From a virus (taxonomy: Duplodnaviria > Caudoviricetes): 64,000 nucleotides of DNA. Positions 25,410 through 35,286 of the stretch are shown here, piece after piece. The DNA lies in IMG/VR virus record IMGVR_UViG_3300032295_003840, positions 32,001 through 96,000 of that record. The stretch is one strand, 5' to 3'. Within the stretch, counting starts at the first letter, position 1. Every line of letters starts with the position of its first letter. The translations under genes and the position numbers were made by a program. Below the pieces are notes generated by a model. The model did no database searches and was not told where the DNA came from. It worked only from the letters and a program-made list of their open reading frames with translations.

Positions 25410-25916
25410 TTAAGATTTGCGGGTGCGCGACCACCAGTCTTCCCAGGGGAAGACGACCCACTCAGAGTCTTGATCTTCGCTGATGTGATTGCCCACGAAG
25501 TCAAATTCCTCTTGGCTGCTATACTTTTCTAGTAAGACAGCATAGCGGATCTCACCCAGGTGGATGTCGTCAGCCTCCATGGTGGCAATGATGCTCTTGA
25601 GCTCGGCCAGAGTTCGGCCTGTGTCATTGATGTCATCCACAAACAGTATGGCACCTTCCATGCTGGCTCTGCTCAGACTGTTCATGATCATGGTCTTGGA
25701 GCGAGGATAAGAGTGTGCGTGGTCCCGAGTACTGAGCTCTATGGGAAACAGCGGAACGTCATAGTAATGACTAAGCATGGTGCCTATGCCCAGGCCACCA
25801 CGACTTGGTGCAACTATGGCCGCAGGTTTAAAATCGTGACTGGTTGCTTCACGAATGACATTGGACAACAGAGATCTAACTTCACTATCACTTACATACC
25901 TACGTTTAATCATCAC
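25410..25916 (-). CDS. Purine phosphoribosyltransferase (Gpt-like)
   Basis: SRGGL, PRPP-binding FVDDINDTGRT, WVVFPWE motifs. Confidence 0.88.
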   Translation of the reverse strand: MMIKRRYVSDSEVRSLLSNVIREATSHDFKPAAIVAPSRGGLGIGTMLSHYYDVPLFPIELSTRDHAHSYPRSKTMIMNSLSRASMEGAILFVDDINDTGRTLAELKSIIATMEADDIHLGEIRYAVLLEKYSSQEEFDFVGNHISEDQDSEWVVFPWEDWWSRTRKS

Positions 25917-26548
25917 AACTCCATCAAGTTATCAACAAATTCCAATAGTAAACGGTTATCTAATCCGCCATGCCAATGTGGCTTTAAATACTTGGGTCGA
26001 TCATACCAGTAGGGCTGGCTTTCAGGATGACATCCAATCAAGCCTATTTTGTTCTGAATAATGGCCATGGGGTAGCCTGTGGCATAGGTGGCATAGACAT
26101 CTTGTTCCCCACCAATAAAAGTACAGCCATCATAAAAATACATACGAGTCAGATTGCCTTGCCAATTTACTGGCATGGCCTTGGGGTGAGGACGACGAGT
26201 GTCTGTACCTGGTTGAGTAATATATTGTTCTACTCTGGTTTCTTTCAGTATGTCAAAATAGTATTGGTCTGCCCAATAGGCTCCCATGCAGATGCCAATA
26301 TAACGACCACCCCTTTGAATGTATTCTTGTATACGCGGCTTGTGAATCTGTGCCACTTTTTCAAATTTATCTGAGTCTCCAATACCACCAGGAAATAAAA
26401 CTGCGTCGACATCGTCGAAGAAGTCATCTTCCATTGCATTTTTGCCAAACAACTTGAAACGATATTTACCTTCTAATGAAGCAATGACACCATTGCTGCA
26501 CTGAGCATCACAGGTAGGCTCGTGCATGTATAGGGCTATGCGTTTCAT
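25913..26548 (-). CDS. Class I glutamine amidotransferase-like (BPL_N-type) protein
   Basis: FPGG, YIGICMGAY nucleophile elbow, CHPE. Confidence 0.8.
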   Translation of the reverse strand: MKRIALYMHEPTCDAQCSNGVIASLEGKYRFKLFGKNAMEDDFFDDVDAVLFPGGIGDSDKFEKVAQIHKPRIQEYIQRGGRYIGICMGAYWADQYYFDILKETRVEQYITQPGTDTRRPHPKAMPVNWQGNLTRMYFYDGCTFIGGEQDVYATYATGYPMAIIQNKIGLIGCHPESQPYWYDRPKYLKPHWHGGLDNRLLLEFVDNLMEL

Positions 26549-26781
26549 GATCTGGTTATAACCAATATTCGGTCAATCTGTCGCTGTATTACTGCTTCGC
26601 GATTAGGCCAATGGATATAGGCCTTGTCTGGATTCTTCTGCAGGTTGCGTAACAAGGGCATGATCAAGGACTCAACCTGTTGTAGTTTAGTCTTGGTTTC
26701 ATCTACCTCGGCCTGTACTGCAGTAGGATCGAAATCTACAGCGGTAAAACCAAAATCATCGCCTAGATCTTCGTCTATCAT
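26545..26781 (-). CDS. Conserved T4-like hypothetical protein
   Basis: DFGFTAVD ... NPDKAYIHWPNR. Confidence 0.7.
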   Translation of the reverse strand: MIDEDLGDDFGFTAVDFDPTAVQAEVDETKTKLQQVESLIMPLLRNLQKNPDKAYIHWPNREAVIQRQIDRILVITRS

Positions 26782-28499
26782 TTTTGTGCTATCCTCGAGA
26801 AATTTTGATATTTTTCAAATTTAATTACTGAACGGAACTTGTCAAACAACTGATCGCCTTTGTGGCTAATGACAAACACATTGGTATCTTCGCCCAGAGT
26901 GTTCAGTACATTCATCAGATAGTCTGTGCCGTTGATGTCCAGACTTGAGTCAAATACTTCATCTAATAGCAGCAGATTGGTGGCTGCTGAGTTCTTCATC
27001 TTGGCTATGGTGCGCCAGGTAAACAGCAGAGCCAGGTCAATACGCTGCTTTTCGCCTTCACTGAAGCTGGCATAGCTAAAGTCATCGCGATGTCTGCTCT
27101 TGATGGTTTCATTGAAGGCTTCGTCTAATTCAAAGCTCACAAAGAAGTCCATGGCATTCAGGTATTTATTCACCAGTTTGTTGATGGCTGGCAAATACTG
27201 ACGTATGACCTTGGTCTTGATGCCAGTGTCTTTGAGCAGATTGCTGGCTATATCCTGATAATACTTCTCTTCACTCAGGCTAGTCTTTTCCTGTGTCAGG
27301 GCTACAACCTCTCGAGCCAGCCCACGAAGCTTGCTCTTCTCTTCATCCAGATTGTCTGTGGTGCCTGTGTGTGTATTGAGTTCAGCCTGCAGTTTCTGAA
27401 TATACTTCTGGTTGGCAATGATGGCATTGTTGTAGGTAATGATTTCCTGATTGTGTTCGGATATCTGTGTGGAGGTGTCGTGTATGATGTCCAGACGTTG
27501 CTGTACAATGTCAATGTTGTTGCTCAGAGCAGTCAGTGCCTGCTGTATTTCTTCCATCTTGGAATTCTGTGCTGCTATGGCCTCGGTCTTCAACTCATGT
27601 GGCAAACCCTGCTGACAAGTAGGACAGTTGTCATTGTCATGATAGAAGGCAATCTCTGTCTGTGCCTTGGCTATCTTTTCAGTCATCTTGCGCTGCAGGT
27701 CTGCCAGTGTGCGCGCCTTGGCAATCTGACTATCCTCATCATTGATCTGAGACCGCAGTGCATGTACCTGTGCCTCTAACTTGATGACTGCTGAGTTGGA
27801 AAAATCAATCTCTGTGGCAGCCTGGTCAATGTTGTTCTGAATTTCCTGGCTGCGGTTCTGATGATCTACTTCCAGAGTCTTGATATATTCGTTCTGTATT
27901 CTGACTCGTTCTTTCTGCACGTCGATGTCAGACTCTAGCTGCCTAAGTGAATCTCTGAGCTGGTTTTGACGATCCTTGAGCAGCTGGTTCATGGCAGTAA
28001 AGATGCGTATGTCCAGCAGGTCCTCGATGATCTCTCGACGATGTGATGGTGGTAACTGCATGAACGGAGTAAAGCTAGCACTGCCCAAGATAACAATCTG
28101 AGTAAAGCTCTTGTAGTTCAGCTTCAGTATATGCTCTTCCAGATAGCGTTGATAGTCTCGGCTATCGGCCTCCTGATTAAGGAAGTTACCGTCGACATAG
28201 ATCTCAAATCTGGATGGCTTGTGTCCACGCACAATGCGATAGTCGCGACGGCCTATGCTGAACTCTACCTCGACCAGAAGATTTTTCTGATTGATGCTGT
28301 TCAATAGCTGTGGCTTGCTGATGTTGCGAAAGGCCTTGTTGAAGAGCGCAAAGCAGATGGCATCCAAGATGGTGCTCTTGCCTGCGCCATTCTCACCAAC
28401 AATCAGAGTAGTGTTGGTACGATCCAGCTGTACCTCTGTGATGGCATTGCCAGTGCTTAAAAAATTACGCCAGCTTATCTTCTTGAATTTTATCATCAA
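26778..28499 (-). CDS. 46: Recombination endonuclease subunit gp46 (Rad50/SbcC-like)
   Basis: GENGAGKS, Zn-hook CPTC, FSEGEK, LDEVFD motifs. Confidence 0.96.
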   Translation of the reverse strand: MMIKFKKISWRNFLSTGNAITEVQLDRTNTTLIVGENGAGKSTILDAICFALFNKAFRNISKPQLLNSINQKNLLVEVEFSIGRRDYRIVRGHKPSRFEIYVDGNFLNQEADSRDYQRYLEEHILKLNYKSFTQIVILGSASFTPFMQLPPSHRREIIEDLLDIRIFTAMNQLLKDRQNQLRDSLRQLESDIDVQKERVRIQNEYIKTLEVDHQNRSQEIQNNIDQAATEIDFSNSAVIKLEAQVHALRSQINDEDSQIAKARTLADLQRKMTEKIAKAQTEIAFYHDNDNCPTCQQGLPHELKTEAIAAQNSKMEEIQQALTALSNNIDIVQQRLDIIHDTSTQISEHNQEIITYNNAIIANQKYIQKLQAELNTHTGTTDNLDEEKSKLRGLAREVVALTQEKTSLSEEKYYQDIASNLLKDTGIKTKVIRQYLPAINKLVNKYLNAMDFFVSFELDEAFNETIKSRHRDDFSYASFSEGEKQRIDLALLFTWRTIAKMKNSAATNLLLLDEVFDSSLDINGTDYLMNVLNTLGEDTNVFVISHKGDQLFDKFRSVIKFEKYQNFSRIAQK

Positions 28500-28624
28500 A
28501 TCCGACCGTCTAAATCTAATTGTTTATGACAACGTTGACAAGCCCAGAATCTGGGAGATCCGACTTTATCGGGACGATATGGTCGATGTCCAAAAATTGC
28601 ACAGAGCAGACGTCTAAGGTACAT
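28496..28624 (-). CDS. Tiny Cys/His protein (42 aa)
   Basis: MYLRRLLCAIFGH...CQRC; fills the gap between gp47 and gp46. Confidence 0.5.
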   Translation of the reverse strand: MYLRRLLCAIFGHRPYRPDKVGSPRFWACQRCHKQLDLDGRI

Positions 28625-29679
28625 TACTCCTCCGAATTTTGTGCTTCTACATAGAGCTCACGCATCAGGTTCTTGATTCGAGTTTTATCGGCATCGGTTT
28701 CTGTGCTGTCAACAAAGCTGTTGAGCAGGCTCATGGTATCTTCAATGTTGAGATTTTCATCGTCCAGAGCATCGCTTTCAAACTCTGAAAAGTCTTCAAT
28801 GATTTTTAATTCTAGCAGATTTTGTTTATAAAGTCTATCTACCAGCTGGTCAAACTTATAAAAGTCTGTCTTGTTGGCAACAATGAGCTTGACATTCTTT
28901 TCTGCATACTGTGCTGCATCTATGGTGTCAGGATCGGTTTCTGCATCATCATAGACCAGACGCATAAACATACGATATGGATTTTCTACGAACTGTAGGT
29001 CCAGTGTTTTAGTATCAAAGATATGAAAGCCTCGGGGATCGTCAAAGTCACTCCAGGTTAGCTCATAGGGATTGCCCAGATACTGTATGTTGCCTTTGCG
29101 ACTACGATGATGGAAATGACCACTGCACACCAGATCAAACTTGTCAAAGATCTTTGGATCCATGCCACCTTCGCTCTGCTGTCCTTTGTGCATGACAAAG
29201 CCAGCCAACTCTAGATGCCCAAACAGTACAGGTGCTGTGCTGTTCTTGATGGCATCCATGCACTCAGCATAGTTGTCAGCACAGATCCAGGGCATCATTA
29301 GGATGCTGGTATGATCTAATTGCAGAGTGTCTGGGCTGGCATAGGTAACAATGTTGGTATAGTCATTGAGCAACAGATCAGGACTATTTACATCGTTGGT
29401 ATTTTTAAAATAGGTGTCATGATTACCGGCCATCATGTGAACATTGATGCCGTTGTCTGCCATCCTATTGAAGAAATAGTCTCGGCAGTTTTTTAGAATA
29501 TTGAAATTAATATACTTACGACGGTCAAAACAATCGCCAAGGTGAATGACAGTAGTAATATGTTGCTGTGTAAGTGTTGGAAAAAAGACTTCATCGTAAA
29601 ATTTCCTAAAAAAGTTATCAAAGGGTAGACTATCTGACCTGGCCCCAAAGTGCGTGTCGGTTATCAATGCAATTTTCAT
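28624..29679 (-). CDS. 47: Recombination endonuclease subunit gp47 (Mre11/SbcD-like)
   Basis: DTHFG, GDCFD, GNHD, SGHFH motifs. Confidence 0.96.
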   Translation of the reverse strand: MKIALITDTHFGARSDSLPFDNFFRKFYDEVFFPTLTQQHITTVIHLGDCFDRRKYINFNILKNCRDYFFNRMADNGINVHMMAGNHDTYFKNTNDVNSPDLLLNDYTNIVTYASPDTLQLDHTSILMMPWICADNYAECMDAIKNSTAPVLFGHLELAGFVMHKGQQSEGGMDPKIFDKFDLVCSGHFHHRSRKGNIQYLGNPYELTWSDFDDPRGFHIFDTKTLDLQFVENPYRMFMRLVYDDAETDPDTIDAAQYAEKNVKLIVANKTDFYKFDQLVDRLYKQNLLELKIIEDFSEFESDALDDENLNIEDTMSLLNSFVDSTETDADKTRIKNLMRELYVEAQNSEE

Positions 29680-29858
29680 AGTTCATTTCTAAGTTGCTCA
29701 ATTCTATCTTTGATCATCAATTTTTCTTTTTTCATCTTGCCCATGTCGGTATCATTGAGATAGCTGCTGTATCCCCAGGCTATGCTGTATTCCAATTCCT
29801 TGTGACGCTCTTCTAAATGCTTGATAGTCTCTCGCAGACTATGTTCGACCTCTTCCAT
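29676..29858 (-). CDS. DUF465-like small coiled-coil protein
   Basis: HKELE ... KKEKLMIKDRI. Confidence 0.6.
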   Translation of the reverse strand: MEEVEHSLRETIKHLEERHKELEYSIAWGYSSYLNDTDMGKMKKEKLMIKDRIEQLRNEL

Positions 29859-29860
29859 GT

Positions 29861-30379
29861 TTACCCCTCATAGGTAGCACTGTTGGCGTTGTGTTCAAAT
29901 ACTTCTACACTGCGTAGTCTTACTCCCTGCCCTACTGGATATCTGGCTTTGAAGACATTGCCGTTGGGGCAGTAATATTCATTGCCATTTTTAAAGATGT
30001 GCAGTATAGTAGCCATTTCTTTATAGGCAAGCTCGGCAAACTTTTCACAACCTACACCTTCGACAATGCGAAGGTCGCAGACGCCGCCCTGATCCTGCAG
30101 ACCCAGACTGGACATCTTCTCAAACATTTCCAGATGTGGATCGTCTTGGGCAATGACCAAGGTATGGTCAAACATATACTCTGACCATTCTTTGAATGCC
30201 TTGAGTCCACCAAAGTCCATGACCCAGTTACGGTCATCCAGAGTTTCGCTTTCAAAGACTAACTTAATGCCAATGCTGTAGCCATGCAGCAGACTGCAAT
30301 GACTGTGACTTGACCGCCACTGACGGAAACAGCAGCTCAGACCGCGGTCATTACCATAAACTTTTGTGCTTAGGTACAT
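29861..30379 (-). CDS. queD: 6-carboxy-tetrahydropterin synthase QueD
   Basis: CxxLHGY, DFGGLK, FDH motifs. Confidence 0.88.
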   Translation of the reverse strand: MYLSTKVYGNDRGLSCCFRQWRSSHSHCSLLHGYSIGIKLVFESETLDDRNWVMDFGGLKAFKEWSEYMFDHTLVIAQDDPHLEMFEKMSSLGLQDQGGVCDLRIVEGVGCEKFAELAYKEMATILHIFKNGNEYYCPNGNVFKARYPVGQGVRLRSVEVFEHNANSATYEG

Positions 30380-30391
30380 TTTATCTCCTTA

Positions 30392-30862
30392 CTACTTTAT
30401 ATTATTGTATATTGTCTGTGGTGCAGAGTCAATATTATCCAGACGATTTTTTTCTATGTTGTAGACTCGTTGCCGAAGTTCGGTGGTGGAAAAACTATGC
30501 TTGCGATCATTGAAGTAGAATTCAATACCACGGTTTAAACATTCAGTCTTGCCAGTAAAGTCACGTCCCTGATATTCCACACCCAGAATGCGAATGTCTA
30601 TGGGATAGCTTAGGAAGATGTCAATGAGTTCTTTTTCGGTGCTGTACACCACAATTTCATTGACATACTTGCAGGCATCAATCTGAACAAATCTTTCAAA
30701 TACACTTTGTATGGGTTTGTTCTTTTCTGTGGGGCGATCTATGGTAGGATCGGTCTGCAGACCCACAATTAAATAATCGCATTGGCGCCGTGCTTCTTTG
30801 AGCATGGTGACATGACCTGCATGAAACAGGTCAAAGGTTGAACAAGTAAAACCTACTTTCAT
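30392..30862 (-). CDS. Cytidylyltransferase (TagD-like)
   Basis: FDLFHAGH (HxGH), LIVGL, RKHSFSTT motifs. Confidence 0.87.
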   Translation of the reverse strand: MKVGFTCSTFDLFHAGHVTMLKEARRQCDYLIVGLQTDPTIDRPTEKNKPIQSVFERFVQIDACKYVNEIVVYSTEKELIDIFLSYPIDIRILGVEYQGRDFTGKTECLNRGIEFYFNDRKHSFSTTELRQRVYNIEKNRLDNIDSAPQTIYNNIK

Positions 30863-30863
30863 G

Positions 30864-31925
30864 TTATACCTCTAGGATTTTATCAATCATGATGTTGGCA
30901 TTCATGAAACGATCGATGAGGATTTGCTGCTGTTCCTTCAGCAAAGTCAGGAACTGTTCACGATTGTGTACTCTGTGTGTAATAAAGGATTGGATGTTGT
31001 CGCGATTCTCGACATAATTTTCCCAGCTACTGGTCCAATGACTGGGATACTTGAACTCGGGCAAATACATTTCAGCATAGCTGGCACGATCAGGAACAAC
31101 TGGTATGGCACCTGCCAGGGTTCCTTCCATGACACTGATGCCCAGATTTTCATGCAGAGCACAACTAAAAATAATGGCGGCCTGTCCCAGAGTGGTATAG
31201 TAATCGTCTTTGCTGAGATTCATCTTCTGAGTAATAACCAGATTAAGATGGTTAGACAGATCCTCGGCAATCTCAGGTTGCTTATCTGAGTTATAACGAT
31301 GTGGCCACATTACCACAGGATATTTTTCCGCAGACTGTTGTGCAACCAACATGTTGACGATAAAGTCATGCGGCTGGCCAGAACGATATGCTCGTCGATC
31401 AGTATAACTGATGGCCAGGTTTTCAAGAAACATATCTTTGTGAAAGTCTGTGGCAAAGTAATTATAGTCACAGGCATAGTACCAGGCGCGTTCCTGATTG
31501 GAACTCCAGCCTTTGCCCATCTTCATACCCAGGATGTCAGTTGGGTCATAGGCACCTGCATGCCAGATGCCATGAATCTCTACTGGTATGTCCAGCAGAT
31601 CCGACATATAACGTATGGCAGTAATGACAAAGTTCCAGGCATCGGTAACCAGGAACTTATCGCCAGCTTTAATTTTGCCATGACTGAACAGAGCAGCAAT
31701 TTGTTCAACCTGCGTGGCCTTGTAGATGTTGGTTATGCCGAAGTCTAGGAAGGCACCAGTAGTGGTACCCGTCTTGGGTTGCTTGCCGTCTATGGTGACA
31801 ACATTCCAAGGAACGCATTTCTTGTCGGCAATGCGCTGGTTAATTAACTTGGGGATATTTTCATACCACTGCTTGGTATAACGCTGATCAATGGGCTCAA
31901 TGGGTACAATATAAAGTGTTTTCAT
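30864..31925 (-). CDS. GT-B fold glycosyltransferase
   Basis: WPHR...KQPE and ENLGISVMEG (Ex7E motif). Confidence 0.8.
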   Translation of the reverse strand: MKTLYIVPIEPIDQRYTKQWYENIPKLINQRIADKKCVPWNVVTIDGKQPKTGTTTGAFLDFGITNIYKATQVEQIAALFSHGKIKAGDKFLVTDAWNFVITAIRYMSDLLDIPVEIHGIWHAGAYDPTDILGMKMGKGWSSNQERAWYYACDYNYFATDFHKDMFLENLAISYTDRRAYRSGQPHDFIVNMLVAQQSAEKYPVVMWPHRYNSDKQPEIAEDLSNHLNLVITQKMNLSKDDYYTTLGQAAIIFSCALHENLGISVMEGTLAGAIPVVPDRASYAEMYLPEFKYPSHWTSSWENYVENRDNIQSFITHRVHNREQFLTLLKEQQQILIDRFMNANIMIDKILEV

Positions 31926-32692
31926 AATCTCTCAATATCAGATTCAATGCAACGATCGCCATACTGTATTTCAACTACCTTGAGTGGCTTATCAGTTTCA
32001 TTGCAAAGCTGATGCCACTCAGTCTTGCTAATATGTATGTGGTTATGCTTATTATAATATCCCAGCAGCTCTGCGTCGGTAGTGCGTTCATCGATTGTAT
32101 ATACCGTGGCTGTACCTTCGGCCACAAACCAATGCTCGGCTCGATCCTGATGTCGCTGCATGCTTAATCGTTCGCCAGGATTGACTGTGAGCTCTTTGAC
32201 CTTGGTATTGTCACCTACCTCATGCAGTACACGATAATAGCCCCAGGGTCGATCTGTCTTGGGTGCTTTCCATTCTTCCAGGATCCAGCTTGAGCTGTTG
32301 GCCTTGTCTTCTCCGCCTACGCCAAATTCAAATACCAGATTGTCATCTTGATAGTCCATTTCAGGAATATTTACTGCGGTACGATCTCCGCCATTGGCAA
32401 AAATTAGCTGGGCACTGGGCCACATCAGACGACATTTATGAATGCAGTCCTTGCTGTTGTTGTCATCATCGTTGAACTGCATGACATAATCAACATCTTT
32501 CATGGCCTGTATGACCTTGCTGCGTTCAAACCAGGGCATGAAAGGCCGACCCTTTTTACGAGTCAGCCAGGCATCGCTGTTGATGCCTACAATTAATTTG
32601 TCGCCCAGACGTCGAGCAGCTCTGATGTAGCTAACATGACCACTGTGCAGAGGATCAAATCCACCAGTAACAATTACAATTTTTTCAGTCAT
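31922..32692 (-). CDS. Cytidylyltransferase fused to a mannose-6-phosphate isomerase-type cupin
   Basis: GGFDPLHSGH, ANGGDR; C-terminal RPWG, LSMQRH, EHW, EIQYG. Confidence 0.87.
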   Translation of the reverse strand: MTEKIVIVTGGFDPLHSGHVSYIRAARRLGDKLIVGINSDAWLTRKKGRPFMPWFERSKVIQAMKDVDYVMQFNDDDNNSKDCIHKCRLMWPSAQLIFANGGDRTAVNIPEMDYQDDNLVFEFGVGGEDKANSSSWILEEWKAPKTDRPWGYYRVLHEVGDNTKVKELTVNPGERLSMQRHQDRAEHWFVAEGTATVYTIDERTTDAELLGYYNKHNHIHISKTEWHQLCNETDKPLKVVEIQYGDRCIESDIERL

Positions 32693-33054
32693 GCTGTATA
32701 CTCCAGAATTGCACCATTCTCTCCATCCTCAAAGACCTGGATTGTCATGTCGCGACCAGGATAGCGTGCGGCAATGGTCTCAATTAATTCATCGGCAATC
32801 ATCTCGCAACTCTTATAGTCGAGCTGCAAAGTATTTTGTTCCCCTGAATACAGTGATTCAAGCCACCTTTTGAATTGAATAAATTCAATGTCTCGGTCGT
32901 TGTGCGTGACTGCGATGCGCACCCTGAAATGAAACATATGGCGATGAGGATAACCAAGAAACGAAACATCGGCTAGGGCAGGTTCGGTTAAGGCGGCAGG
33001 ATACTTGTGTATCCCTTCTCTTTGAAAAGTAACTTCAATCCAGCGTTTAATCAT
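32689..33054 (-). CDS. QueD-paralog T-fold protein, DpdL-like (putative CDG decarboxylase)
   Basis: LGYPHRHMF matches LxxxHRHxF; also SCE and EDGENG. Lies next to the dpdA-like gene. Confidence 0.7.
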   Translation of the reverse strand: MIKRWIEVTFQREGIHKYPAALTEPALADVSFLGYPHRHMFHFRVRIAVTHNDRDIEFIQFKRWLESLYSGEQNTLQLDYKSCEMIADELIETIAARYPGRDMTIQVFEDGENGAILEYTA

Positions 33055-34301
33055 GCGAATAAATCCTCCAGGGTATTGGGCTCAACATATTCTTGCACTG
33101 GTTCTGAATCCATGTAGGGTCCAACGTGCTTCAACCAGTGATCAAAATCCTCAGTAGTCTTAACTGAGTATAAGGCATCAAAGGCATTCCTGTCAAGTCC
33201 TTTGGCAAACTTCAGCACCTCTTGCTGACTCTTGCTGACTCGATCTACCTGTTCGATAAAATTCTTGATAGACGAACTTACATAGGCAACATAGAGCTGC
33301 ATGCTGGGATCGATGCTGCCAAATTTAGTTTCATAGGTACGGCTGCTGTGATTCAGCACATTGTAGAGATCATCTACACTGTACTCAATGAAAGGAAAAT
33401 TACGCTTCATGTCATCCAGCACAATGCGATAGCTGTCGTCAAAGGCACGGGTAAAGGTAAAGGCATAGTCGTTCATGTAGTAACGACCCTGAGTCACGCC
33501 ACTGGTGTGTGTAGTGCTATCATAGCTCATATGCACATCAGCATACATGCCATTCTGAATAAAGATCAGCTGTGGCAGCATTCGATACACACTACCTACT
33601 CCCAGCAAATGCAGGTTACGATGTTCCAGATCTATGGGCAGTTGAGTAAAATAGAATGCACGCTTGATGTCTTCCAGACTGCCTTTGCCCAGCGCGGCCG
33701 CTCCCATGGCTATGCCGCCAATGTGTTTGGTATAACCAGCTGGCAATTCTTCCACGACATACTGAGTCCACTTCATGTATGAGTCATAGTCATTGCCCTG
33801 TGTAATCAACATGGGCTTGGCAGTGGTGCCTTTTTCCAGAAAGAACTCTATTTGTCTTTTAAGGTTCTTGCCAGTTGCACGAGCACAACGCTCAAGATCA
33901 GCACGGTCAAACCTTCGATTGCTAAGATCCAGACGTTCAGACCTACCATTATCAAGAGTGCGTACAGGTATAACATCAAAGCACATAGCCACATCGCTAT
34001 TTTCAGCTTGATTGGCATAGACTTCCTCCTTGAGCTCTTCTGTGATGGTGCGGCCCAGCGTCACCATCTGCAGTCCACCAGAGTCGGCATGGATGTTGTG
34101 TACTAGACCGCGATAATGGGAGCCGCACCAACGGCCAGGTCTCTTCTCAGTATAGGCATTGTACAGTAAACTGATCTTATGATTGTGCTGATCGTTGAGA
34201 CTGCCAAAGGTGCGGGTGAACCAGTCCAGGTTCTGTGGTGCCAGACTTTCTTGATACATCAATTTAAAGTAACTGGTACCACTGGCTACGTATTCAAACA
34301 T
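33051..34301 (-). CDS. dpdA: TGT-fold DpdA-like deazaguanine transglycosylase
   Basis: ADSGG, catalytic D (CFDVIP), QG, HLLGVG, YDSTT; sits in a folE/queD/queE cluster. Confidence 0.75.
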   Translation of the reverse strand: MFEYVASGTSYFKLMYQESLAPQNLDWFTRTFGSLNDQHNHKISLLYNAYTEKRPGRWCGSHYRGLVHNIHADSGGLQMVTLGRTITEELKEEVYANQAENSDVAMCFDVIPVRTLDNGRSERLDLSNRRFDRADLERCARATGKNLKRQIEFFLEKGTTAKPMLITQGNDYDSYMKWTQYVVEELPAGYTKHIGGIAMGAAALGKGSLEDIKRAFYFTQLPIDLEHRNLHLLGVGSVYRMLPQLIFIQNGMYADVHMSYDSTTHTSGVTQGRYYMNDYAFTFTRAFDDSYRIVLDDMKRNFPFIEYSVDDLYNVLNHSSRTYETKFGSIDPSMQLYVAYVSSSIKNFIEQVDRVSKSQQEVLKFAKGLDRNAFDALYSVKTTEDFDHWLKHVGPYMDSEPVQEYVEPNTLEDLFA

Positions 34302-34302
34302 A

Positions 34303-34806
34303 TTAACTTCCCAGAATTTTTATTAGGTGCTTGGTTTGTGTGATGGCGTCGTCAAGTGCATTATGATATGTTCCTTCACGTTTGTCAATGGGGATGTTGA
34401 CGATGTTCTTCATGGTGCGATAGCAACGATCTTCCCAGGGCAACCAAGGCCGCTTTCTGTCCAGAGCCTTGTAGGCACAGTCCAGGATTACATTATCAAA
34501 ACCAGCACCATTGCCCCAGGTAGGCAAACTCTTGTTGCCATACCAGGCCTCGAAGTTGGTCAGTGCTTCTTCCAGACTTAGATTATCTTTGAGCAAGGCA
34601 GCGCGAGCTTCTTTGCTTTGCTTTTGCCACCACTCCAGGGTGGACTTTTCAAAGTGCAGTCCTGCTTCTTTGCAGGTTGCAGGATCAATGGTGCAGTAAA
34701 AGGTGTCGACGATCTCACCGTCTTGCCATTTAACTGCACCAATGCTGGCAATGGCGGCATTGGGCCTGGTACTGTAGGTCTCCAGGTCAATCATTACGTT
34801 TATCAC
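34303..34806 (-). CDS. DEDDh 3'-5' exonuclease (exo VIII/Rv2179c-like)
   Basis: MIDLET, WGNGAGFD, HNALDDA motifs. Confidence 0.85.
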   Translation of the reverse strand: MINVMIDLETYSTRPNAAIASIGAVKWQDGEIVDTFYCTIDPATCKEAGLHFEKSTLEWWQKQSKEARAALLKDNLSLEEALTNFEAWYGNKSLPTWGNGAGFDNVILDCAYKALDRKRPWLPWEDRCYRTMKNIVNIPIDKREGTYHNALDDAITQTKHLIKILGS

Positions 34807-34807
34807 G

Positions 34808-35014
34808 TTACACCCAGCGCCAGTAGATTGGATGTTCTTTGTCTTCAGGCAATTCGCGATGCTTGATCTTGTTTTGCTGTAACCAGGTACTGAGCAGCAT
34901 TTCTACGCTGCTGCCATGCTGCTTGGCATGCTGCCGTGCCATTTTAGGAATGCCATACCACTTGGCCAGGACCTTGTCCCAGCGACGCTGTACTCGTTGA
35001 CGTTTGTTCTTCAT
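34808..35014 (-). CDS. Small basic hypothetical protein
   Basis: Packed operon ORF. Confidence 0.55.
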   Translation of the reverse strand: MKNKRQRVQRRWDKVLAKWYGIPKMARQHAKQHGSSVEMLLSTWLQQNKIKHRELPEDKEHPIYWRWV

Positions 35015-35286
35015 TGTATCTCCTCAAAGATGGTGCTCCAGCGTTGAAGTTTGCTGTACTTGGTGCGGGTAGCATTACGCAAAAATTCAGGGTCTATTAA
35101 TCCATTGCTCTGCATGAGTTCAATCATGCACACCAGATCGCCAACTTCTTCTTCCAGACGTTCACGATTGGTTTTATTGTCATAGGTTTCATCCAGGCCA
35201 AATCTGAATATTTTGCTGATGACCTGACTTACCTCAGCACATTCTTCCTGCGCGATTAGCAGGATTTCGCGTTGTTTATTGTTCAT
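35011..35286 (-). CDS. MazG-like nucleotide pyrophosphohydrolase
   Basis: EECAE ... EEEVGD. Confidence 0.75.
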   Translation of the reverse strand: MNNKQREILLIAQEECAEVSQVISKIFRFGLDETYDNKTNRERLEEEVGDLVCMIELMQSNGLIDPEFLRNATRTKYSKLQRWSTIFEEIQ

